From Rhodospirillales bacterium (lineage in GTDB: Bacteria > Pseudomonadota > Alphaproteobacteria > UBA828), in contig JAPPNV010000131.1 of assembly GCA_028818565.1 (NCBI GenBank), positions 1 to 49,229 on the forward strand: 49,229 nt of DNA, written 5' to 3'. The translations under genes and the position numbers were made by a program. The notes below the pieces were generated by a model. It had not been told where the DNA came from, made no database searches, and was given only the letters and a program-made list of their open reading frames with translations. Position 1 is the stretch's first letter. Each line of letters opens with the position of its first letter. Positions 9,495 through 19,076 of this stretch are shown in pieces.

Positions 9495-12191
9495 TCACGC
9501 AGCCTTGGCGAGGCCCCGCAGCACGTAGTGCAGGATGCCGCCGTGGCGGTAGTAGTCGGCCTCGTCGGCGGTGTCGATCCGGCAGCGGAGCGGGACCTCC
9601 TGCACCGAGCCGTCGGCCCGGCGGATGCGGCAGGTCACGGTCATGCGGGGCGTGATGCCGCCGGCGATGCCTTCGAGGTCGATCCGCTCACTTCCGTCGA
9701 CTTCCAGGCTCTTCCGTGTTGCGCCCTCGGTGAACTCCAGCGGCAGCACGCCCATTCCCACCAGGTTGGAGCGGTGGATGCGCTCGAAGCTCTCGGCAAT
9801 CACCGCGCGTACGCCCAAAAGCCGCGTGCCCTTGGCCGCCCAGTCACGAGAGGAGCCAGTGCCGTATTCCTTGCCCGCGAACACGACGAGCGGCACGCCC
9901 TCGGCCTGGTACGCCATGGCTGCGTCGTAGACCGGCATCTCCGCTCCGTCCGGCATGTGGCGGGTGATGCCGCCCTCGGTGCCGGGCGCCAGCTCGTTGC
10001 GGATGCGGATGTTGGCGAAGGTGCCCCGCATCATCACGTCGTGGTTGCCGCGCCGCGCCCCGTAGGAGTTGAAGTCCCGGCGTGCGATCTGGCGCTCCAG
10101 CAGGTACGCCCCACCCGGAGTCTCGGCACCGATGGCGCCGGCGGGCGAGATGTGGTCGGTGGTGATGGTATCGCCGAGGAGGCACAGGATCCGCGCACCA
10201 ATGACGTCCTCCGGTGGTTGCGGCTCCGCCGCCATGCCCTGGAAATAGGGCGGATGCTGAACGTAAGTGCTGCCCGCGTCCCAGGCGTAAGTCTGCCCGG
10301 CGGGCGCCTCGATCGACCGCCAATCCTCGTCGCCGGTGAAGACATCGCCGTAGCGGCTGCGGAACATCTCGGGCGTGACCGCGCGCGCGATGGTGTCGCA
10401 CACCTCTGCCGCCGTCGGCCAGATATCGCGCAGGTAGATCAGCGCACCGTCATTACCCGTGCCCAGCGGATCCGTGCCGAGGTCGCGGGTCATGGAGCCC
10501 GCGATCGCGTAGGCCACGACCAGCGGCGGCGAGGCCAGGTAGTTTGCCTTCACGTGCGGGCTAATGCGCCCTTCGAAGTTGCGGTTGCCGGAGAGCACCG
10601 AGCAGACCACCAGGTCGCCGCTTTCGACTGCTTCGGCGATAGGCGGCGCGAGCGGACCCGAGTTGCCGATGCAGGTCGTACAGCCATAGCCCACGAGGTT
10701 GAACCCGAGGGCATCGAGATCATCCTGCAGCCCGGCGCTCGCGAGGTAATCCGAGACCACCTTGGAGCCCGGCGCGAGCGATGTCTTGACCCAGGGTTTG
10801 ACGCTAAGTCCGCGCGCGGCGGCGTTGCGGGCAAGCAGCCCGGCGCCCACCATCACGCTTGGGTTCGAGGTGTTGGTGCAGCTCGTGATGGCCGCGATCA
10901 CCACGTCGCCGTGGCGGAGCTGGTAGTCGGCGCCGGCGACCGGCACGCGCGCGTTTCCCGCTTCCTCCGAGACGCCGAAGGTCGCGCCCAGAGCGCTGGC
11001 GAACGTTGGCTTGGCATCGGAGAGCCGGATCTTGTCCTGCGGTCGCTTCGGGCCGGCGATGCTGGGTTCGACCTCGCCCAGATCGAGCTGCAGGCTATCG
11101 GTGAACACGGGATCGGGTGTGCCGGCCTCGCGCCACATGCCCTGCGCCCTGGCGTAGGCCTCGACCAGAGCGATACGTTCGGGTTCGCGGGCGCTCCCGT
11201 TGAGGTAGTTGATGGTTTCACGGTCGATGGGGAAGAACCCGCAGGTGGCTCCGTATTCCGGCGCCATGTTGGCGATGGTGGCGCGGTCCGCGAGTCCGAG
11301 GTCGTCGAGGCCGGGACCGTAGAACTCGACGAACTTCCCGACCACGCCGCGTTCGCGCAGCATCTGTGTCACGGTCAGCACCAGATCGGTCGCGGTCGCG
11401 CCTTCGTGCAGCCGGCCGGAGAGCTTGAAGCCGATGACGTCCGGCACCAGCATCGAGATCGGCTGGCCCAACATCGCCGCCTCCGCCTCGATGCCGCCGA
11501 CGCCCCAGCCGAGCACCGCGAGGCCGTTGACCATCGTCGTGTGGCTGTCGGTTCCCACCAGGGTATCGGGATAGGCGATGGCGGTGCCGTCCACGTCGAC
11601 GGTCCACACGACCTGAGCGAGATATTCCAGATTGACCTGGTGGCAGATGCCGGTGCCCGGCGGCACCACGCGGAAGTTCTCGAATGCCTGCTGACCCCAG
11701 CGAAGGAAGGCATAACGCTCGCCGTTGCGCGCCATCTCCAGCGCGACGTTCTGCCCGAATGCCTGGGTCGTGCCGAAATGGTCGACCATCACCGAGTGGT
11801 CGATGACGAGATCGACCGGCGTGAGCGGATTGATGCGGCCGGCGTCGCCGCCGAGAGCGGTCATGGCGGCGCGCATCGCGGCGAGGTCCACCACCGCCGG
11901 CACGCCCGTAAAATCCTGCATCAGCACTCGGGCCGGGCGATAGGCGATTTCGCCCGCGCCGCGCCCCTGATCCAGCCAGCTTGCGACCGCGTGGATGTCG
12001 TCGACGCTGACGCTGCGGCCATCCTCGAAGCGGAGCAGGTTCTCCAACAAGACCTTCAGGGAGAAGGGCAGGCGGGCGATGTCCCCGAGGCCCGCCTCGG
12101 CTGCCGCCGGCAGGCTGAAATAGTCGTACGAGCGCCCGCCGACGCTGAGCGTGCGGCGGGTTCGCAAGGTGTCCTGTCCCAAGGCGATCAA
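9495..12191 (-). CDS. acnA: Aconitate hydratase A
   Basis: The full-length translation is aconitase-like ([34 protein letters not shown]). TTG 12191 with GAGGGGG 7 nt upstream gives 898 aa. The tracked ORF extends to ATG 12287, which remains an alternative start. Confidence 0.92.
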   Translation of the reverse strand: MIALGQDTLRTRRTLSVGGRSYDYFSLPAAAEAGLGDIARLPFSLKVLLENLLRFEDGRSVSVDDIHAVASWLDQGRGAGEIAYRPARVLMQDFTGVPAVVDLAAMRAAMTALGGDAGRINPLTPVDLVIDHSVMVDHFGTTQAFGQNVALEMARNGERYAFLRWGQQAFENFRVVPPGTGICHQVNLEYLAQVVWTVDVDGTAIAYPDTLVGTDSHTTMVNGLAVLGWGVGGIEAEAAMLGQPISMLVPDVIGFKLSGRLHEGATATDLVLTVTQMLRERGVVGKFVEFYGPGLDDLGLADRATIANMAPEYGATCGFFPIDRETINYLNGSAREPERIALVEAYARAQGMWREAGTPDPVFTDSLQLDLGEVEPSIAGPKRPQDKIRLSDAKPTFASALGATFGVSEEAGNARVPVAGADYQLRHGDVVIAAITSCTNTSNPSVMVGAGLLARNAAARGLSVKPWVKTSLAPGSKVVSDYLASAGLQDDLDALGFNLVGYGCTTCIGNSGPLAPPIAEAVESGDLVVCSVLSGNRNFEGRISPHVKANYLASPPLVVAYAIAGSMTRDLGTDPLGTGNDGALIYLRDIWPTAAEVCDTIARAVTPEMFRSRYGDVFTGDEDWRSIEAPAGQTYAWDAGSTYVQHPPYFQGMAAEPQPPEDVIGARILCLLGDTITTDHISPAGAIGAETPGGAYLLERQIARRDFNSYGARRGNHDVMMRGTFANIRIRNELAPGTEGGITRHMPDGAEMPVYDAAMAYQAEGVPLVVFAGKEYGTGSSRDWAAKGTRLLGVRAVIAESFERIHRSNLVGMGVLPLEFTEGATRKSLEVDGSERIDLEGIAGGITPRMTVTCRIRRADGSVQEVPLRCRIDTADEADYYRHGGILHYVLRGLAKAA

Positions 12192-12404
12192 CGCGCTACC
12201 CCCTCTTGCAATCCGGTGCCTGGAATCATCGCGCGGCAGTGCATGCGGCTTCTTGCCGCTGGCGCGTGCCGCCGATAGGCTTGGCATTCCCCTGAACTTC
12301 TAGGCTCGACCGGAGAGGGGTGCAAGATTCCCGGCCCGGCTAGCCCGCATACCTCACCAGAGTCACGCACTGCGCCGCGCGCCGCCCTTTTCGAGGCGCA
12401 CGAC

Positions 12405-13055
12405 GTGGCCTGCATCCGCGGCGAGCGCCCGGTCTTCTCCGGGGTCTCGTTCAGCCTCGAGCCCGGTGGCGCGCTGACGCTCGTAGGACCCAACGGCTCT
12501 GGCAAGTCGAGCCTGCTCCGTATCCTAGCCGTCCTGCTGAAGCCAGCCGGCGGCACGCTGACCTGGGAGGGCGCGCCGGTCGACCAGGACTGGACCGCCC
12601 ATCGCCAGCGGCTCCACTACGTCGGCCACCTTGATGCGGTAAAACCCACGCTCACCGCGACGGAAAACTTGCGCGACTGGGCGCGGTTCAGGGGTGCGGC
12701 TCGGGCTGCGCCCGGTGCCCTCGAAGCGCTCGGAATCGAAGAGCTGGCCGACGTGCCGGGGCGCTTCCTCTCAGCGGGGCAGCGAAGGCGGCTCGCTCTC
12801 GCGCGCCTGTTGGCGGCGCCTGCGCCACTCTGGCTCCTCGACGAGCCGACGGTGACTCTCGACGCCGACGCATCGGCCCGCGTCACGGCCATGATCGCCG
12901 CGCACCGGACGGATGGAGGCATTGCCATCGTGGCGACGCACGGGGAGATCGCCCTCGACGGTGCCGGTCGCCTCGAACTCGGAGAACATGCGGTCTCCGC
13001 TGACATGTTGATGACCGAAGCTGACGGAGAGTCGGAGGAGGAGGAGCAGTGGTAG
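12405..13055 (+). CDS. ccmA: Heme exporter ATP-binding protein CcmA
   Basis: It has Walker A GPNGSGKSS, the ABC signature LSAGQRRR and Walker B LWLLDEP, and is followed directly by ccmB and ccmC. The start is uncertain (see findings). Confidence 0.85.
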   Translation: MACIRGERPVFSGVSFSLEPGGALTLVGPNGSGKSSLLRILAVLLKPAGGTLTWEGAPVDQDWTAHRQRLHYVGHLDAVKPTLTATENLRDWARFRGAARAAPGALEALGIEELADVPGRFLSAGQRRRLALARLLAAPAPLWLLDEPTVTLDADASARVTAMIAAHRTDGGIAIVATHGEIALDGAGRLELGEHAVSADMLMTEADGESEEEEQW

Positions 13056-13717
13056 GCGTCTTCCTCCGCCTCGTCGGTCGCGAGCTCACTCTCGCGGTGC
13101 GGGGCGGCATCGGCACCTTGATGGCGGTGGTCTTCTTCGTCATTGCTGTAACGCTCTTTCCGCTCGGCGTCGGGCCGGAGCTCGGCCTGCTCAGCCGCAT
13201 CGCGCCCGGCGCCGTCTGGGTCGCGGCGCTGCTCGCCGCCCTCCTGTCCCTGGATCGCCTCTTCGTCGCCGACCACGAGGACGGAAGCCTCGAGCAGTTG
13301 ATGCTCGGCGTGCTGCCCATTGAGTTCGTCGTGCTGGCCAAGGCCGTGGCGCACTGGCTCACCACCGGCCTCCCGCTGGCCGCCGCCGCGCCGGTGCTCG
13401 CGCTCCTCTTGAACATGAGCGTGGACGGGCTGGTCATCCTGATCGTCTCGCTCTTGCTGGGCACGCCGATCCTCAGCCTGATCGGCGCGGTGGGGGCGGC
13501 GCTCACCGTGGGGCTGCGCCGCGGCGGCGCGCTCATCGCGCTTCTGGTCTTGCCGCTCTATGTTCCCGTTCTCATATTCGGCGTGGGCGCGGTGGAAGGC
13601 GCCGTGCTCGACGTCGGCGTGCATGCGAACCTGTCGATTCTGGCAGGCGGGCTCGTGGGCGCACTGGTTCTAGGGCCGCTGGCGGCGGCAGCGGCGCTGC
13701 GCATGACGGTCGAATAG
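13049..13717 (+). CDS. ccmB: Heme exporter permease CcmB
   Basis: This is a polytopic membrane protein of 222 aa, typical for CcmB. The start overlaps the ccmA stop by 7 nt. It sits between ccmA and ccmC. Confidence 0.85.
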   Translation: MVGVFLRLVGRELTLAVRGGIGTLMAVVFFVIAVTLFPLGVGPELGLLSRIAPGAVWVAALLAALLSLDRLFVADHEDGSLEQLMLGVLPIEFVVLAKAVAHWLTTGLPLAAAAPVLALLLNMSVDGLVILIVSLLLGTPILSLIGAVGAALTVGLRRGGALIALLVLPLYVPVLIFGVGAVEGAVLDVGVHANLSILAGGLVGALVLGPLAAAAALRMTVE

Positions 13718-13740
13718 GTCGGGGTAGGTCGAGGCCAGGC

Positions 13741-14514
13741 ATGGCGACACGGGCGACAGGCGCGACGAGGCGAGGGAGAACCAGATGGGCGAGCATCCAC
13801 TTCTTCGCCAACCCGGCGCGCTTCCTGCGCGTGGCGCGCGCAGTCTATCCCTGGGCGGCAGGCTCGACTGCCGCGCTGATCGTGGCTGGCCTGGTGCTCG
13901 GTCTCTACGTGGCGCCGCCGGACTATCAGCAGGGCGACGCCTACCGCATCATCTTCGTCCACGTGCCAGCGGCGTGGATGTCGCTCTTCATCTACGTCGT
14001 GATCGCGCTTTGCAGCGCGGCCAGCCTGGTCTGGCGCCATCCGCTTGCGGACTTGGTGGCGAAGTCGAGCGCGCCGGTCGGCGCGGCCTTCACCTTCATC
14101 ACGCTGCTGAGCGGGTCGCTCTGGGGGCAGCCGATGTGGGGCACCTGGTGGGTGTGGGACGCGCGCCTCACCTCGATGCTGATCCTGTTCTTCCTCTATC
14201 TCGGCTACATCGCGCTGCACGCCGCCTTCGACGATCCGGCCAAGGGCGCCCGCGTCGCCGCGATCCTGGCGCTGGTGGGCGTGGTCAACGTGCCCATCGT
14301 CAAGTTCTCGGTCGACTGGTGGAACACGCTGCACCAGCCCGCGACGATCTCCAAGATCGACGCGCCGTCCATCGACAGCTCCATGGTGGCCCCGCTCCTG
14401 CTCATGGCGGCGGGCTTCATGGCTTACTATGTGACGGTGCTGATCCCGCGGGTGCGTGCCCAGATTGCGAGCAGGCGTATTCGGAACCTGCGGATGGCCC
14501 AGGTCTCTCGATAG
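13741..14514 (+). CDS. ccmC: Heme exporter protein CcmC
   Basis: It carries a CcmC-type Trp-rich motif (WGQPMWGTWWVWDARL) and flanking His residues, in a polytopic membrane protein of 257 aa. Confidence 0.88.
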   Translation: MATRATGATRRGRTRWASIHFFANPARFLRVARAVYPWAAGSTAALIVAGLVLGLYVAPPDYQQGDAYRIIFVHVPAAWMSLFIYVVIALCSAASLVWRHPLADLVAKSSAPVGAAFTFITLLSGSLWGQPMWGTWWVWDARLTSMLILFFLYLGYIALHAAFDDPAKGARVAAILALVGVVNVPIVKFSVDWWNTLHQPATISKIDAPSIDSSMVAPLLLMAAGFMAYYVTVLIPRVRAQIASRRIRNLRMAQVSR

Positions 14515-14547
14515 GGCCGCGAAAACTCGGGTGAGGAGAGTGTCGCG

Positions 14548-15504
14548 CTAGCTTTCGGCGACGGCGCCCAACTCCAGGTACTTCTCCCGCCGCTGACTGC
14601 GCAGGGCCGCGCCGTCGAGGCCGCGCAGGTCGGCGAACGCCTCCTCCAGCGCCGAACCGGCCCGATCGATCGTGCTAGCCGCATCCCGGTGGGCGCCGCC
14701 CACCGGCTCCGGCACGATGCCGTCGATCACGCTGAGCGCGTGCAGGTCCTCCGCCGTCAGGCGCAACGCTTCCGCGGCCGTCTCCGCAAGGGCCGCGTCG
14801 CGCCACAGGATCGACGCACAGCCTTCGGGCGAGATCACCGAATAAATCGCGTGCTCCATCATCAACACGCGGTTGGCGACGCCGAGCGCAATCGCGCCGC
14901 CGGAGCCGCCTTCGCCGATGATCAGCGCAACCACGGGGACCCTGACATCGAGACAGGCCTCGATGCAGCGGGCGATGGCCTCGGCTTGCCCGCGTTCCTC
15001 AGCTCCGATCCCGGGATAGGCGCCCGGCGTGTCGATCAGCGTCAGCACGGGCACCTGAATGCGCTCCGCCAGCCGCAGCAGGCGCGACGCCTTGCGGTAG
15101 CCTTCCGGATTGGCCATGCCGAAGTTGTGGGCGACCCGGCCCTCGGTATCGGCCCCCTTCTCCTGGCCGATGACCATGGTGGTATGGCCCTGGAAGCGTC
15201 CCAACCCGCCGATCACCGCCCGATCCTCGCCGAAGGCGCGATCGCCGGCGAGCGGCAGGAAGTCCGTGATGAGGCGCGCGATGTAATCGGAGCAGTGGGG
15301 CCTGAGCTGATGGCGGGCGACCTGCGTCTTCTGCCACGGGGTGAGGCGACTGTAGGTCTGCCTGAGCAGGCGGTCGACCTTGCCCTCGAGGCGCGAAACC
15401 TCGTCGAGCATGTTGACGCCGCTGTCGTCGCTGAGGTGGCGAAGCTCCTGGAGCTTGCCTTCGATCTCCGCGATCGGCTTTTCGAAGTCGAGATAACTAT
15501 TCAT
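14548..15504 (-). CDS. accA: Acetyl-CoA carboxylase carboxyltransferase alpha subunit
   Basis: The N-terminus [21 protein letters not shown] is the classical AccA start. The remaining sequence is consistent with AccA along its full length. ATG 15504 is preferred over GTG 15516. Confidence 0.9.
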   Translation of the reverse strand: MNSYLDFEKPIAEIEGKLQELRHLSDDSGVNMLDEVSRLEGKVDRLLRQTYSRLTPWQKTQVARHQLRPHCSDYIARLITDFLPLAGDRAFGEDRAVIGGLGRFQGHTTMVIGQEKGADTEGRVAHNFGMANPEGYRKASRLLRLAERIQVPVLTLIDTPGAYPGIGAEERGQAEAIARCIEACLDVRVPVVALIIGEGGSGGAIALGVANRVLMMEHAIYSVISPEGCASILWRDAALAETAAEALRLTAEDLHALSVIDGIVPEPVGGAHRDAASTIDRAGSALEEAFADLRGLDGAALRSQRREKYLELGAVAES

Positions 15505-15697
15505 CGACTCGCCCACTAACCCGCTTCATGTATAGCACGAGGCGGCGTTTCGACAATCGGAACCTCGGATTACCCGCGCCTGTCTCTCGTCTCGTCGGTC
15601 GCTCTTGGCAGCCGGCCACTGCTGCTGGCGGCATATGGGGTGCGCGCGGGCGACATGCAACCCGGCCCCCGCAGAGTGTGCCAGCGCGTCCGTTGCC

Positions 15698-16984
15698 TCA
15701 GGCGTCGTGGCCCCTGGCAGCGCGGGAGCGCGGGATCACGCGGAGGCGGGTGATCTGATTGCGCCTGCGGGCGCGGATCTCGAACCTGAAGCCATAGAGG
15801 GAGAAGGACTCGCCGATCTCGGGAATCTCCTGCGCTTCGTTCAGCACGAGGCCCGCGATGGTTGCGGCTTCTTCGTCGGGAAGATCCCAGTCGTAACGCC
15901 GATTAAGGTCGCGGATCGCAACAGTTCCCGGGATCAGGAACGAGCCGTCGTCGCTCTCCACCACCTCGCTGAGCGCGACGTCGTGCTCGTCGACTATCTC
16001 GCCCACGATCTCCTCGATGATGTCCTCCAGGGTCACGAGACCCATCAGCGAGCCGTATTCGTCGACGATCAGCGCGAAGTGAGCCCGACGCTCGCGGAAC
16101 GAGTGGAGTTGCTCGTCGAGCGGCGTGGTTTCGGGCACGAACCAGGGCTCGGTCACGATCGACATGACGTCGAGCCGGTCGAGGTCGGCGAGGTTCGCGT
16201 GCATCGCCCGCAGCAAGTCCTTGGCATGCAGGACGCCCACGATGTTGTCCGGCTCGCCCTTCCAGACCGGCAGGCGCGTGTGGGGGCTGCGGACGACCTG
16301 GTTGAGGATGTCGGCGGGCGCCGCGTCGGCGTCGATCATCTCCATGGTCTTGCGGTGAGTCATGACCGCGCCGACTTCGATCTCCTCTAGGTCGAGGATA
16401 CTGCGGAGCATGTCGCGCTCATGCTTGACCATGGCGCCTTCCTGCGCCTGCAGGGTGATGGTGCCGCGAAGCTCCTCCTCGGCGGCGCTCGCTGTCCTCG
16501 GTCCCTGAGAGGCCCCGGCCGCGCTAAGCGTCACCGAGACGACCAGCCTCACCGCGCCGACGATGGGGGAAAGCAGCCACACGATGGGGCGCAACACCGG
16601 CGCCACCCTGAGCGCGACTCGGTCGGCATCGCGGATCGCGTACGTCTTCGGCAGTACTTCGGCGAAGACCAGAATGACCAGAGTCATGCCGATCGTCGCA
16701 TAGGCCACGCCGGCATCGCCGACGACCGAAATCAGAACGCTGGTGGCCAGTGCGGAGGCGAGGATATTGACGGCGTTGTTGCCGAGCAGAATCGCGCCGA
16801 TCAGTCGTTCTCGATCGCCGGTGAGTCGCTCGACCGCGCGCGCGCGCCTGTCGCCGGCGCCTGCCAGATGGTGCATGCGCGGGCGGGAAGCCGCGGTGAG
16901 TGCGGTTTCGGAGCCTGAGAAGAAGCCCGATAGCGCGATCAGCAGGCCGATCGCGCCGATGGTGATGGCAGTCTCGGTCGTCAT
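15698..16984 (-). CDS. HlyC/CorC (CNNM) family transporter (DUF21, CBS pair, CorC_HlyC domain)
   Basis: The N-terminal membrane domain has the FFSGSETAL motif. Tandem CBS-like segments and a C-terminal transporter-associated domain follow. Length is 428 aa. Confidence 0.8.
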   Translation of the reverse strand: MTTETAITIGAIGLLIALSGFFSGSETALTAASRPRMHHLAGAGDRRARAVERLTGDRERLIGAILLGNNAVNILASALATSVLISVVGDAGVAYATIGMTLVILVFAEVLPKTYAIRDADRVALRVAPVLRPIVWLLSPIVGAVRLVVSVTLSAAGASQGPRTASAAEEELRGTITLQAQEGAMVKHERDMLRSILDLEEIEVGAVMTHRKTMEMIDADAAPADILNQVVRSPHTRLPVWKGEPDNIVGVLHAKDLLRAMHANLADLDRLDVMSIVTEPWFVPETTPLDEQLHSFRERRAHFALIVDEYGSLMGLVTLEDIIEEIVGEIVDEHDVALSEVVESDDGSFLIPGTVAIRDLNRRYDWDLPDEEAATIAGLVLNEAQEIPEIGESFSLYGFRFEIRARRRNQITRLRVIPRSRAARGHDA

Positions 16985-17036
16985 GGGTGTTTCGTTTAGG
17001 ATTGTGGAGGGATGTAATTCGGACGCGCAGTGGACT

Positions 17037-18182
17037 TCATTCGCCGAAGGCTTGGTCGAGCAGGGCGGCGAGCGTTTCCGGGGGCACGTCCCGGCTGAGG
17101 AAGGCGTGCCCGATGCCGCGCGTCAGGACGAACGTCATCCGTCCGTCCTGCACCTTCTTGTCATGCTTCATTCGCTCGATCAGTGCGGATGACTTCCACC
17201 GAATCGCGGGGAGGGCGTCTGCCTCGCCGGGCAGCCCGACCGCGCGGAAATGGGCCGCGACCCGCGCGGCATCGTCCTCGCCGCACAGGCCGAGGGCTGC
17301 GGAGAGCCGGTGCGCGAGCACCATGCCATAGGCCACCGCTTCGCCGTGCAAGAGCGATCCGTCGTAGCCGGCCTCCGCCTCCAGGGCATGAGCGAAGGTG
17401 TGTCCCAGGTTGAGCAGGGCCCGGCTGCCGCTCTCGCGCTCGTCGGCGGCAACGATGCGCGCCTTGGCCCGGCACGAATGGGCCACGGCAGTTCGCAGCA
17501 CGTCCTGATCGCCATCAAGGAGCGCCGCGCCGTTTCGCTCGAGCCAGACGAAGAAATCGGGGTCGTCGATGAGGCCGTACTTCACGACCTCGGCATAGCC
17601 TGCCCTGCGCTCGCGCAGCGGCAGCGTGGCCAGTGTCGCCACGTCGGCGAGCACCAGGCGCGGCTGGTAAAACGTCCCGATCAGGTTCTTGCCGTGGCTG
17701 CTGTTCACGCCGGTCTTGCCGCCGACGCCGCTGTCCACCTGGGCAAGAAGCGTTGTCGGTATCTGAACGAAGGGGACGCCACGCAGCAGAATGCTCGCGG
17801 CGAAGCCGGTGAGGTCGCCCACGACTCCGCCGCCGAGCGCCACTATCGTGGTCGACCGCTCAATTCCGCGGCCCAGGACGTCCTCCAGCATGCCTCCGAG
17901 CGTCGCCAGGTCCTTGCTGCGTTCTCCCGACTCGACGATCAGGTGGGAGGTCGCGAAGCCTGCTTCCCGCAAGGCGTCGAGTGTCGTGTCGAGATAAAGC
18001 CCGGCGACGGCCCGGTCGGTGACCACAACCGCCGAGCGGCCTGCCAGGAGCGGCGTCATGAGCCGCCCCGCCTCGCTGACGAGGCCGGCACCCACCACGA
18101 CGTCGTAGCTGCGCGGTCCCAGTTCGACGCGCACCGTCTCCCGGTCCTGGTCGGGTCGTGGGTCGGGGTCCGCCGTGCTCAC
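17037..18182 (-). CDS. aroB: 3-dehydroquinate synthase
   Basis: The translation is AroB-like (GGGVVGDLTGFAA, LNLGHTFAHALE, LLHGEAVAYGM). GTG 18182 lies 4 nt after the aroK stop and gives 381 aa. The tracked ORF extends further upstream, inside aroK. Confidence 0.88.
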   Translation of the reverse strand: MSTADPDPRPDQDRETVRVELGPRSYDVVVGAGLVSEAGRLMTPLLAGRSAVVVTDRAVAGLYLDTTLDALREAGFATSHLIVESGERSKDLATLGGMLEDVLGRGIERSTTIVALGGGVVGDLTGFAASILLRGVPFVQIPTTLLAQVDSGVGGKTGVNSSHGKNLIGTFYQPRLVLADVATLATLPLRERRAGYAEVVKYGLIDDPDFFVWLERNGAALLDGDQDVLRTAVAHSCRAKARIVAADERESGSRALLNLGHTFAHALEAEAGYDGSLLHGEAVAYGMVLAHRLSAALGLCGEDDAARVAAHFRAVGLPGEADALPAIRWKSSALIERMKHDKKVQDGRMTFVLTRGIGHAFLSRDVPPETLAALLDQAFGE

Positions 18183-18186
18183 CGGG

Positions 18187-18780
18187 TCAGGCCTCGATGC
18201 TCGCCGATGACGGATCGGGACCCGGTTCTCGCCGCTGCGCCTCGACATGCGCGCCGAGCGCGCCAAGCACCGCCTCCACCGTCTGTTCGTGTGGCCCGTC
18301 CCCGCTTTCCACGACAACGTCGGCCTCGGCGTAGATTGGGTGACGCTCGTTCATAAGCCGCTGCAAAATTTCGCGCGGGTCGCCGCCGGCGAGCAGCGGG
18401 CGGTTGTTGCGCCGCGAGACGCGGGTGACAAGCAAGTCGAGGTCGGCGCGCAGCCACACCGATATGCCGCACCCCCGAATTGCCGAGCGTGTCTCGGGGT
18501 CCATGAACGCTCCGCCGCCCGTCGCCAGAACGTGTGGCGGGCGGGTCAGCAGCCGGGCGATGACCCGCCGCTCGCCGTCGCGGAATGCCGCTTCGCCGTG
18601 TATCTCGAAAATGTCCGAGATCGAGCATCCCGCGGCGCGTTCGATCTCCTCGTCCGCGTCGACGAACGGAACACCGAGTCGGCCGGCGAGTCGGCGGCCG
18701 ATCGCGCTCTTGCCTGCACCCATCAGGCCCACGAGGACGACCGAGCAGTCTATCCGTGGGCACCCGAATTCTGCCGTCAT
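18187..18780 (-). CDS. aroK: Shikimate kinase
   Basis: It has the P-loop LVGLMGAGKSAIGR and the motifs FVDADEEIE and LATGGGAF. The internal ATG 18780 gives 197 aa. Confidence 0.88.
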   Translation of the reverse strand: MTAEFGCPRIDCSVVLVGLMGAGKSAIGRRLAGRLGVPFVDADEEIERAAGCSISDIFEIHGEAAFRDGERRVIARLLTRPPHVLATGGGAFMDPETRSAIRGCGISVWLRADLDLLVTRVSRRNNRPLLAGGDPREILQRLMNERHPIYAEADVVVESGDGPHEQTVEAVLGALGAHVEAQRREPGPDPSSASIEA

Positions 18781-18947
18781 TGGCTCAGCGGCACACTCCG
18801 CCCCGCCCGTCCGCGGGTCGTTGAAGCGCCGCGCCCGCGCCGATAGACTGCCACACCATCGCCATAATCCGATTCTAACACACAAGCGTCGAATGCCTCG
18901 CGGCTGTTTCAGCGTCGACGCGTGTTCAGGAGTGAAGGCACGTCCCG

Positions 18948-19076
18948 TTGAAAATCCTCGTCATCATCCTCTTGCTCATCATCGGCGGCGGAATCGGATT
19001 TCTTTTGACCTGGGACATCCCCCCGCCGCCCGGTCCGGTCGAAAAGGTGCTGTCCAATGATCGCTTCGAGAAGTGA
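18948..19076 (+). CDS. Small (42 aa) single-TM membrane protein, TTG start, not in the ORF track
   Basis: My own translation is MKILVIILLLIIGGGIGFLLTWDIPPPPGPVEKVLSNDRFEK. Third-position GC is high. An AGGAG lies upstream. The stop TGA overlaps GTG 19073 of the next ORF (GTGA). Confidence 0.5.
   Translation: MKILVIILLLIIGGGIGFLLTWDIPPPPGPVEKVLSNDRFEK

Noticed and set aside
14515-14547. Searching for ccmD (and ccmE-H) after ccmC.
   Set aside because: Only 33 nt separate ccmC from the convergent accA stop, and no small hydrophobic ORF overlaps the ccmC end. The remaining ccm genes must be elsewhere, which is common and not remarkable.
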